DNA from: the human T2T-CHM13v2.0 reference genome, Homo sapiens
Assembly (NCBI RefSeq): GCF_009914755.1
Contig: NC_060940.1
DNA: 64,000 bases
Direction: 5' to 3' (one strand)
A program made the position numbers and the translations under genes. Shown piece by piece: positions 13,166-26,100 of the stretch; the stretch's first letter is position 1, and every line of letters begins with the position of its first letter. The notes beneath the pieces are model-generated. The model was not told the origin of the DNA. It ran no database searches and saw only the letters and a list, made by a program, of their open reading frames with translations.

Positions 13166-16100
13166 GATGATTCCACTCGATTCCATTTGATGATTATTCC
13201 ATTGGAGTCCACTTAGTGAATCCTTTAGATTCTACTCGAAGATGATTCCATTCGAGTCCATTCAATGATACCATTCAATTTCATTCGTTGATGCTTCCAT
13301 TCAAGTGCATTCGATGATATCATTCGATTCCATTTGATGATAATTCCATTTGATTCCATGCGATGATTCTATTCGATTCCATTCAATGATAATTCCATTC
13401 AATTCAGTGATTCCTCTGGACTCCATTTGATGATGATTCCATTCAATGATTCCATTCGATTCTATTCCAAAATGATTCCATTTGAATCCATTTGATGATG
13501 ATTCCATTAGATTCCATTTGATGATTCCATTCGATTCCATTTGACGATGATTCCATTCGATTCTATTTGATGATTCCATTCTATTCTATTCGATGATGAT
13601 TCCATTCGATTCCATTTGATGATGATTGGATTCGATTCCATTTGATGATTTCATTTGATTCCATTCGTTAATGATTTCGATCAACTCCATTCGATGATTC
13701 CATTTGATTCCATTCGATAATGATTACATCCGAGTCCATTCGATGATTCCATTTGAGCCCGTTCGATAATTCCATTTGAGTCCAATCAATGATTCCATTC
13801 ATTTCCATTCAATGATTCCATTCGAGTCCATTTGATCATTCTGGTAGGGTCCGTTCGATGTTGATTCCATTGGAGTGCATTCGATGATTCCATTCGAGTC
13901 CATTTTATGATTTGATTCGAGTCCTTTCGATGATTCCATTAGATTCCACTCGATGATGATTTCATTCGAGTCCATTCGACACTTCCAATCGATTCCATTT
14001 GATGTTTCCATTCGAGTCCAATTGATGATTCCATTCAATTCCATTCGATGATGATTCCGTACGATTCCATTCTGTGATGATTCCATGTGATTGCATTCAA
14101 TGATGATTCCTTTCGACTGCATTCGATTATGATTCATTTCGTGTTCATTCTATGGTTCCACAGGTTTCCATTCGATGACGTTTCCGTTCGTGTCCATTCC
14201 ATTATTCCATTCTATTTCATTTGATGATGATTCCATTCGATTCCATTCATTGGTGATTCCACTCAATTCCATTCAATGATTCCATTCCATTTCTTTCAAC
14301 AATGATTCCATTAGTTTCTATTCGATGATCCACTTGATTCCATTTGGCGATGATTCCATTCGTGTCCATTCGATGATTCCATTTGATTCCATATGATGAT
14401 GATTCCATTCGATTCCATACCATGATGATTCCATTCGAGTCCATTCAATGGTGATTCCATTCAATTCCATTCGATGATTCCTTCCGATTCCATTCGATGA
14501 TGATGGCATTCGATTCCTTTCAATCATTCCCTTTGATTCCATTCAAAGGTGATTTCATTCAAGTCCATTCGATAATTGCATTCGATTCCATTCTATGATG
14601 ATTCCATTCGAGTCCATTTGATGATTGCATTCAATTCAAGTCAATGATGATTCCATTTAATTCCACTCGATGATTCCATTGGATTCCATTCGATGATGAT
14701 TCCATTCAAATCCATTCGATAATTCAATTCAAGTCCATTCGATGATGATTCCAATCGAATCCATTCAAAGATTCCATTCAATTCCATTCGATGATGATTC
14801 CCTTAGATTCCATTCGATGATTCCACTTGATTCCATTTACGATGATTCCATTCGATTCCATGTGATGAATCCATTCAATTCTATTCAATGATGTTTCCAT
14901 TTGATTCCATTGGACCATGATTGCCTTTGATTCCATTCAATGATTCCATTCGGTTCCATTTGATGATGATTCCGTTCGATTCCATTTCATTATTCCATTT
15001 GATTCCATTGGATGAGTCCATTCGATTACATTCGATGATTATTCCATTCGAGTGCATTAGATGATTGCATTCGAGTCCATTCGATGATTCCATTCGATTC
15101 CATTCGATGTTGATTCTGTTCAAATCCATTCGATGATTCCACTCGATTCCATTCGATGACTCCATTTGATCCCATTCGATGATTTCCTGTGATTCCCTTT
15201 GATGATCATTCTATTTGATTCAATTCGGTGATTTCATTTCATTCCATTCAGTGATGTTTCCATTCGACTGTATTCGATGATGATTCCATTCGACTCCATT
15301 CGATTATGATTTCATTCAATTCCATTCAATAATGATTCCCTTCGAGTCCATTCGATGATTCCATTCGATTCCATTCATCGATGATTTGATTCGTTTCCAT
15401 TCGATGATTCCATTTGATTCCACTTGATGATGATTCCATTCGAGTCCATTTGATGATTCCATTCGAGTCTATTTATGTATTATATTCGTGTCCACTTCAT
15501 GATTCCATTCAATTCCATTTAATGTTGATTCCATTTGATTCCATTTGATGATTCAGTTCGATTCCTTGCAATGATTCCCTACGATTCCTTTCTATGATGA
15601 TTCCATTCGATTCCATTCATTGATGATTTCATTCGACTCCATTCGATGATGATTCCTTTCGATTCCATTTGACGATGTTTCCATTCGAGTCCATTCGATG
15701 ATGATTCTATTCAATTCTGTTCTATTATGATTCCATTCGATTTCATTCAATGCTTCTATTTGATTCCATTCGATGATGATTCCATCTCTTTCCCTTCGAT
15801 GATTCCATTTGATTCCATTCAGTGATGATTCCATTTGATTCCATCTGATGATGATTTCACTTGATTCATTTCAATGATGATTCCATTCAAGTCCATTCGA
15901 TGATTCCATTGGAGTCCAAACGATCATTCCGTTCGATTCCATTCAATGGTGATTCCATTCATGTCCATTCGATGAATCCATTCAATTCCATTCGATGATG
16001 ACTCCATTCGAGTACATTCGATGATTCCATTTGATTCCATTTGAAGATGATTCCATTCAATTCCATTCGAAGATGATTCCATTCAATTCCATTCGATGAT

Positions 16101-17295
16101 GATTCCGTATGAATCCATTCTCTGATTATTCCATTCGATTCCATTCATTGACGATTCCATTCAATTCCATTCAATGATGATTCTCTTCTATTCCATTCGA
16201 TGATTCCGGTCGATTCCATTCGATGATGATTCCATTAGATTCCATTCGATTGTTGCATTCGATTCCCTTCGATGATGATTCCTTTGAATTCCATTTGATT
16301 ATCATTCCGTATGAATCCATTTGATGATTATTCCATTGGATTCCTTTCAATGATGATTCCATTCGATTCCATTTGATGATGTTTCTCTTGTATTCCATTG
16401 GATAATTCCTTTCAGTTCCCTTCGATGATTATTCTTTCGAGTCAATTCGATGATTCTATTCCATTCCCTTCGATGATGATTCCATTTCACTCCATTTGAT
16501 GATTCCATTCGACTCAATTTGGTGATGATTCAATTCGATGACATTCGATGACTCCATTCAATTTCATTTGATGATGATTACATTCGAGTCCATTTGATGA
16601 TTGTATTCCTTTCCTTTTGATGATTATTCCATTCGTGTCTATTCAAAGGTTCCATTCTATTCCATTCAATGATGATTGCATTTGATTCCATTCAATGATT
16701 ATGGCTATCGATTCCACTCGTTGATTCCATTTGATTCCGTTCGATGATTATTCCGTTAGATTCCATTAGAAGATTCCATTCTATTTTATTCAATGATTCC
16801 AATGGATTCCATTCAATGATGATTCCATTCGACTCCATTCAGTGATTCCATTCGAGTCCATTTGATGATTCCATTCTTTTCCATTTGATGATGATTCCAT
16901 TAGGGTCCATTCAATGATTCCATTCGAGTCCATTCGTTAATGCCTTTCGAGTCCTTTTGATCACTACATTCGAGTCCATTCAATGATTCTATTCGATTCC
17001 ATTCCATGATGATTCCATTCGAGTTCATTCGATGATTGCATTCGAGTCCATTTGATGATTCCATATGATTCCCTTCGACAATGATTTCATTCGTGTCCAT
17101 TTGATGATTCCATTCATTTCCTATCGATGAAGATTCCATTCGAGTGTATTCGATGATTCCATTCAAATCCATTCGATGATGATTCCATTCCAGTCCATTC
17201 GATCATTCCACTTGATTCCATTTGATGACTATTCCATTCAAATCCATTTGATGATTCCATTCGATTCCATTCGATGTTACCATTCGAGTATATAC
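13166..17295 (+). repeat. Unit 3 (type S, short variant): 4,130 bp = ~2.3 kb shared head + 1,831-bp alternative segment
   Basis: Landmark spacing 13301 to 17431. The sequence leaves the standard unit at 15465 (GAGTCTATTTATGTATTATATTCGTG) and rejoins at 17296. Confidence 0.88.
15465..17295 (+). repeat. Alternative HSat2 segment X, copy 1 (1,831 bp), not colinear with the standard 6.1-kb unit
   Basis: Motifs such as TTTATGTATTATATTCG, CCTTGCAATGATTCCCTACG, GGAGTCCAAACGATC, TTATGGCTATCG and GAGTATATACG were seen only here and at offset +33168. Confidence 0.87.
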
Positions 17296-20200
17296 GATGA
17301 TTCCACTCGATTCCATTTGATGATTATTCCATTGGAGTCCACTTAGTGAATCCTTTAGATTCTACTCGAAGATGATTCCATTCGAGTCCATTCGATGATA
17401 CCATTCAATTCCATTCGTTGATGCTTCAATTCAAGTGCATTCGATGATATCATTCGATTCCATTTGATGATAATTCCATTTGATTGCATGCGATGATTCT
17501 ATTCGATTCCATTCAATGATAATTCCATTCAATTCAGTGATTCCTCTGGACTCCATTTGATGATGATTCCATTCAATGATTCCATTCGATTCTATTCGAA
17601 AATGATTCCATTTGAATCCATTTGATGATGATTCCATTGGATTCCATTTGATGATTCCATTCGATTCCATTCGATGATGATTCCATTCGATTCCTTTTGA
17701 TGATTCCATTCTATTGTATTCGATGATGATTCCATTCGATTCCATTCGATGATGATTGGATTCGATTCCATTTGATGATTTCATTTGATTCCATTCGATA
17801 ATGATTTCGATCAATTCCATTCGATGATTCCATTCGATTCCATTCGATAATGATTACATCCGAGTCCATTCGATGATTCCATTTGAGCCCGTTCGATAAT
17901 TCCATTTGAGTCCAATCAATGATTCCATTCATTTCCATTCAATGATTCCATTCGAGTCCATTTGATCATTCCGGTAAGGTCCGTTCGATGTTGATTCCAT
18001 TGGAGTGCATTCGATGATTCCATTCGAGTCCATTTTAGGATTTGATTCGAGTCCTTTCGATGATTCCATTCGATTCCACTCGATGATTTCATTCGAGTCC
18101 ATTCGACACTTCCAATCGATTCCATTTGATGTTTCCATTCGATTCCAATTGATGATTCCATTCAATTCCATTCGATGATGATTCCGTACGATTCCATTCT
18201 GTGATGATTCCATGTGATTGCATTCAATGATGATTCCTTTCGATTGCATTCGATTATGATTCATTTCGTGTTCATTCTATGGTTCCACAGGTTTCCATTC
18301 GATGATGTTTCCATTCGTGTCCATTCCATGATTCCATTCTATTCCATTTGAAGATGATTCCATTCGATTCCGTTCATTGGTGATTCCACTCAATTCCATT
18401 CAATGATTCCATTCCATTTCTTTCAACAATGATTCCATTAGTTTCTATTCGATGATCCACTTGATTCCATTTGACGATGATTCCATTCGTGTCCATTCGA
18501 TGATTCCATTTGATTCCATATGATGATGATTCCATTCGATTCCATACGATGATGATTCCATTCGAGTCCATTCAATGGTGATTCCATTCAATTCCATTCG
18601 ATGATTCCTTTCGATTCCATTCAATGATGATGGCATTCAATTCCTTTCGATCATTCCCTTTGATTCCATTCAAAGGTGATTTCATTCAAGTCCATTCGAT
18701 AATTGCATTCGATTCCATTCTATGATGATTCCATTCGAGTCCATTTGATGATTCCATTCAATTCAAGTCAATGATGATTCCATTCGATTCCACTCGATGA
18801 TTCCATTGGATTCCATTCGATGATGATTCCATTCAAATCCATTCGATAATTCAATTCAAGTCCATTCGATGATGATTCCGATCGAATCCATTCAAAGATT
18901 CCACTCAATTCCATTCGATGATGATTCCCTTAGATTCCATTCGATGATTCCACTTGATTCCATTTACGATGATTCCATTCGATTCCATGTGATGATTCCA
19001 TTCAATTCTATTCAATCATGTTTCCACTTGATTCCATTCGAACATGATTGCCTTTGATACCATTCAATGATTCCATACGGTTCCATTTGATGATGATTCC
19101 ATTCGAGTGCATTAGATGATTCCATTCGAGTCCATTCGATGATTCCATTCGATTCCATTCGATGTTGATTCTGTTCAAATCCATTCGATGATTCCACTCG
19201 ATTCCATTCGATGACTCCATTTGATCCCATTCGATGATTTCCTTTGATTCCCTTTGATGATCATTCCATTTGATTCAATTCGGTGATTTTATTTGATTCC
19301 ATTCAGTGATGTTTCCATTCAACTCCTTTCGATGATGATTCCATTCGACTCCATTCGATTATGATTTCATGCAATTCCATTCGATAATGATTCCCTTCAA
19401 GTCCATTCGATGATTCCATTCGATTCCATTCAACGATGATTTGATTCGTGTCCATTCGATGATTCCATTTGATTCCATTTGATGATGATTCCATTCGAGT
19501 CCCTTTGATGATTCCATTCAATTCCATTCTCCGATGATTTCTTTTGAGCCCATTCAATGCTTCCACTCGATTCCATATGATGATGACTCCATTTGATGAA
19601 ATTCCATGATGATTCCATTCGCTTGCATTCGATGATGATTCCACTTGAGTCCGTTAGAAGATTCTATTCAATTACATTCCATGACGATTCTGTTCGAGTC
19701 CATTTGATGATTCCATTAGACTCCATTCGACGATGATTCCATTCGATGTTATTCGATGATGATTCCATTCAACTCCATTCGATGTTTCCATTCGAGTTCA
19801 TTCTATTATTCCATTAGATTCCATTCGATGATGATTCCATTCGATTCCATTTGATGATTGCATTCTATTTCATTTGATGATGATTCCATTCGAGTCCATT
19901 CGATGATTCCATTCGAGTCCATTTAATGAATCCATTGGTTTCAATTCTATGATGATTACATTGGATTCCATTCGTTGATGATTTCATTCGATTCCATTCA
20001 ATGATGATTCCATTCAATTCCATTCAATGATTCCACTGAATTCCATACGATGATGATTCCATTTGATTTGATTCGACAGTGAGCCATTCGATTCAATTCC
20101 ATGATGATTCTATTTGATTCAATTGGTTGACATTTCCATTCGATTCCATTCGATGATGATTCCATTTGATTCCATTCAAAGATGATTCCATTCTAGCCCA

Positions 20201-23197
20201 TTCAATCATTCCATTCGATTCTATTCAATGATGATTCCATTCATGTCGATTTGGTGATTCCATTTGACTTCATTTGATGATGATTCCTTTCAAGTTCATT
20301 AGATGATTCCATTCGATTCCATTTGATGATGATCCCATTCGAGTCTATTCAGTGATTCCACTCGTTTCCATTCCATGATGATTCCATTCCATTCCATTCA
20401 ATGATTCCATTCGATTCCGTTTGATGATGATTTCATTCGAGTCCATTTGATGATTCCATTTGATTCCATTTGATGATGATTACATTCGAGTCCATACGAT
20501 GATTCCACTCAATTCCATATGATGATGATTCCATTCGATTCCATTCGATGATTCCAGTCTATTCTATTCAATGGTGATTCCATTCGAGTACATTAGATGA
20601 TTCCATTCGATTCCATTCAATGATGATTCTATTTGTGTCCCTTAGATGGTTCCACATGATTCCATTTCATGATGATACTATTTGAGCCCATCCAATGATT
20701 CCCTTCGATTCCATTCGATGAGGATTCCATTCGATTCAATTCATTGGTGATTCTATTCAATTCAATTCTTTGATTCCATTCCATTCCATTCGACAATGAT
20801 TCCATTCGATTTCCTTCGATGATTCCACTCCATTCCACTTGACATTGATTCCATTCGATTCCATTCAATGATTCCGTTTCATTCCAGTGGATGATGATTG
20901 CCATCGATTCCATTCGATCACTCCATTCTATTCCATTTGATGATGATTACATTCGATTCCATTTGATGATTCCATCTGATTCTATTCGAGGATTCCATTT
21001 GATTCCATTCGATGATGATTCCATTCGAGTGCATTTGATGATTTCATTCGAGTACATCCAATGATTCCATTCGAGTCCATTTGATGATTCCATTTGATTC
21101 CATTTGATTATGATTCTACTAGAGTCCATTCAATGACTCCCTTCGAATCCATTCAACAATTCCATTCGAGGCCATTCGATGATTCCATTTCATGATTCCA
21201 TTCGAGTCCATTTAATCATTACAGTCGAGTCCATTTGGTGATTCCACTGGATTTCTTTTGATAATGATACCATTCAATTACATTTGATGATGATCCCATT
21301 CAATTTCATTTGATGGTGATTCCATTAGAGTCCATTCGATGATTTCATTCGAGTCCCTTCATTGATTCCATCCGATTTCATTGGATGATGACTCCATTCG
21401 AGTCCATTCGATGATTCCACTCGATTCCATTAGATGATTCCATTGGAGTCCATTTGATTGTTCCATTCGATTCTATTCGATTCCTTTCGAAGATTATTCC
21501 ATTTGAGTCCATTCGATGATGATTCCATTCCATTCCATTCCAGGATTCCGTTTGATTCCATTCGATGATTCCCTTCGATTCCTTTCTTTGATGATTCCAT
21601 TCCATTCCATTCAATGATTCCATTCGAATCTATTCCATGATGATTCCTTTCGATTCCATTCGCTGATGTTTCCGTTCAATTCCATTCGATGATGATTCCA
21701 TTCGATTCCATTCATTGAGGATTCCATTTGATTCCATTCAATGATGATTCCATTCTATTCCATTCAATGATTGCATTCAATTCCATTCAATGATTATCCC
21801 CTTAGAGTAAACTCAACGATTCCATTCAATACCATTCGATGATGATTCCTTTTGAGTCCATTCAATGATTTCATTCAAGTCCATTTGACGATTCCTTTCA
21901 ATTCCCTTCTATGATGATTCACTTCTCGTCCATTGGATGATTCCATTTCATTCCATTCGATGATGATTCCATTCGATTCCATTCGATGATTCCGTTCGAT
22001 TGCATTCGATGATTCCATTATATTCCAGTCAACGATGATTCCATTCGAGTCCATTCGATGATTCCTTTAGAGTACATTTAATGATTGCTTTGTTTTCAAT
22101 TCGAAGATGATTACATTGGATTCCATTCTATGATACCATTCGATTCCATTCAATGATGATTCCACTCAAATCCATTGGATGATTCCATTCGTGTCCATTC
22201 GGTGATTTCATTAGATTCCATTCGAGGATGATTCCATTCGATTCCATTCGATGATTCCATTCAATTCCATTCGATGATGATTCCATTCCAGTCCATATGA
22301 TCATTCCATTTGATTTCATTCGATGATGATTCCATTCGATTCCATTCGATGATTCCATTCTATTCCATTCGATGATGATTCCATTCGAGTCCATTCGATG
22401 ATTCCATTCGAGTCCATTTAATGATTCCATTGGGTTCAATTCAATGATGATTACATTGGATTCCGTTCTATGATTCCATTCAATTCCGTTCATTGACAAT
22501 TTGATTCCATTCGATGATGATTCCATTTGAGTTCATTCGATGATTCTATTCGATTCTCTTCGATGGTGATTCAATTCTATTATATTGGATGATTCCATTC
22601 GATTCCATTTGATGTTGATTCAATTCGATTCTATTCGATGATGATTCCATTGGATTTCACTTGATGATTCTATTCGATTCCATTCAATGATGATTCACTT
22701 CTCGTCCATTGGATGATTCCATTTCATTCCATTCGATGATGATTCCATTCGATTCCATTCGATGATTCCATTTGATTCCATGCGTCGGTGAGCAATTCGA
22801 TTCAATTCCATGATGATTCTATTTGATTCAATTAGATGATGTTTCCATTCGAATCCATTCCATGATTATTCCATTGGAATCCATTCGGCGATGATTCCAT
22901 ATGAGTCAATTCAATGATGATTCCATATGGGTCCGTTCGATGATAATTCCATTTGATTTCATTCGGTGCTTCTATTCAATTCCAGTCGATGATGATTCCG
23001 TTGGAGTCCATACGATGATTCCATTTGATTTCATTTGATGATGATTCCATTCGATGATGATTACATTGGATTCCATTCTATGATTCCATTCAATTCCATT
23101 CGTTGATGATTCGATTCCATTCAATGATGATTCCATTTGAGTTCATTCGATGATTCTATTCGATTCCGTTCGATGGTGATTCAATTCTCTTATATTG
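17296..23197 (+). repeat. Unit 4 (type T): 5,902 bp, multi-deletion variant carrying a 49-bp templated insertion
   Basis: Landmark spacing 17431 to 23333. The indels relative to 6,112 (-3, +16, +3, -72, -23, -170, -10, +49) sum exactly to 5,902. Confidence 0.85.
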
Positions 23198-26100
23198 GAT
23201 GAATCCACTCGATTCCATTTGATGATTATTCCATTGGAGTCCACTTAGTGAATCCTTCAGATTCTACTCGAAGATGATTCCATTCAAGTCCATTCGATGA
23301 TACCATTCAATTCCATTCGTTGATGCTTCCATTCAAGTGCATTCGATGATATCATTCGATTCCATTTGATGATAATTCCATTTGATTCCATGCGATGATT
23401 CTATTCGATTCCATTCAATGATAATTCCATTCAGTTCAGTGATTCCTCTGGACTCCATTTGATGATGATTCCATTCAATGATTCCATTCGATTCTATTCC
23501 AAAATGATTCCATTTGAATCCATTTGATGATGATTCCATTAGATTCCATTTGGTGATTCCATTCGATTCCATGCGACGATGATTCCATTCGATTCCATGT
23601 GATGATTCCATTCTATTCTATTCGATGATGATTCCATTCGATTCCATTCGATGATGATTGGATTCGATTCCATTTGATGATTTCATTTGATTCCATTCGT
23701 TAATGATTTCGATCAACTCCATTCGATGATTCCATTCGATTCCATTCGATAATGATTACATCCGTGTCCATTCAGTGATTCCATTTGAGCCCGTTCAATA
23801 ATTCCATTTGAGTCCAACCAATGATTCCATTCATTTCCATTCAATGATTCCATTCGAGTCCATTTGATCATTCCGGTAGGGTCCATTCGATGTTGATTCC
23901 ATTGGAGTGCATTCGATGATTCCATTCGAGTCTATTTTATGATTTGATTCGAGTCCTTTCGATGATTCCATTCGATTCCACTCGATGATGATTTCATTCG
24001 AGTCCATTCGACACTTCCAATCGATTCCATTTGATGTTTCCATTCGAGTCCAATTGATGATTCCATTCAATTCCATTCGATGATGATTCCGTACGATTCC
24101 ATTCTGTGATGATTCCATGTGATTGCATTCAATGATGATTCCTTTAGATTGCATTCGATTGTGATTCATTTCGTCTTCATTCTATGGTTCCACAGGTTTC
24201 CATTCATGTCCATTCCATTATTCCATTCTATTCCATTTGATGATGATTCCATTCGATTCCATTCATTGGTGATTCCACTCAATTCCATTCAATGATTCCA
24301 TTCCATTTCTTTCAACAATGATTCCATTAGTTTCTAATCGATGATCCACTTGATTCCATTTGACGACGATTCCATTCTTGTCCATTCGATGATTCCATTT
24401 GATTCCATATGATGATGATTCCATTCGATTCCATACCATGATGATTCCATTCGAGTCCATTCAATGGTGATTCCATTCAATTCCATTCGATGATTCCTTT
24501 CGATTCCATTCGATGATGATGGCATTCGATTCCTTTCAATCATTCCCTTTGATTCCATTCAAAGGTGATTTCATTCAAGTCCATTCGATAATTGCATTCG
24601 ATTCCATTCTATGATGATTCCATTCGAGTCCATTTGATGATTCCATTCAATTCAAGTCAATGATGATTCCATTCGATTCCATTCGATGATTCCATTGGAT
24701 TCCATTCGATGATGATTCCATTCAAATCCATTCGATAATTCAATTCAAGTCCATTCGATGATGATTAAAATCGAATCCATTCAAAGATTCCATTCAGTTC
24801 CATTCGATGATTCCCTTAGATTCTATTCGATGATTCCACTTGATTCCATTTACGATGATTCCATTCGATTCCATGTGATGATTCCATTCAATTCTATTCA
24901 ATGCTGTTTCCATTTGATTCCATTCGACCATGATTGCCTTTGATTCCATTCAATGACTCCATTCGGTTCCCTTTGATGATGATTCCGTTCGATTCCATTT
25001 CATTATTCCATTTGATTCCATTGGATGAGTCCATTCGATTACATTCGATGATTATTCCATTCGAGTGCATTAGATGATTCCATTCGAGTCCATTCGATGA
25101 TTCCATTCGATGTTGATTCTGTTCAAATCCATTCGATGATTCCACTCGATTCCATTCGATGACTCCAGTTGATCCCATTCGATGATTTCCTTTGATTCCC
25201 TTTGATGATCATTCCATTTGATTCAATTCGGTGATTTCATTTGATTCCATTCAGTGATGTTTCCATTCGACTCCATTCGATGATGATTCCATTCGACTCC
25301 ATTCGATTATGATTTCATTCAATTCCATTCGATAATGATTCCCTTCGAGTCCATTCGATGATTCCATTCGATTCCATTCAACGATGATTTGATTCGTGTC
25401 CATTCGATGATTCCATTTGATTCCACTTGATGATGATTCCATTCGAGTCCATTTGATGATTCCATTCAATTCCATTCTCCGATGATTTCTTTTGAGCCCA
25501 TTCAATGCTTCCACTCGATTCCATATGATGATGACTCCATTCGATGAAATTCGATGATGATTCCATTCGCTTGCATTCGATGATGATTCCACTTGAGTCC
25601 ATTAGAAGATTCTATTCAATTACATTCCATGACGATTCCGTTCGAGTCCATTTGATGATTCCATTAGACTCCATTCGATGATGATTCCATTCGATGTTAT
25701 TCGATGATTCCATTCGATCTCATTCGATGATGATTCCATTCAACTCCATTCGATGTTTCCATTCGAGTTCATTCTATTATTCCATTAGATTCCATTCGAT
25801 GATGATTCCATTCGATTCCATTTGATGATTGCATTCTATTTCATTTGATGATGATTCCATTCGAGTCCACTCGATGATTCCATTCGAGTCCATTTAATGA
25901 ATCCATTGGTTTCAATTCTATGATGATTACATTGGATTACATTCGTTGATGATTTCATTCGGATCCATTCAATGATGATTCCATTCAATTCCTTTCAATG
26001 TTTCCATTCAATTCCATACGATGATGATTCCATTTGATTTGATTCGACAGTGAGCCATTCGATTCAATTCCATGATGATTCTATTTGATTCAATTGGTTG

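Noticed and set aside
15465-17295. Segment X as a mobile-element insertion
   Set aside because: It is itself HSat2 sequence, has no poly(A) tail, terminal repeats or target-site duplication, and replaces standard sequence instead of inserting into it.
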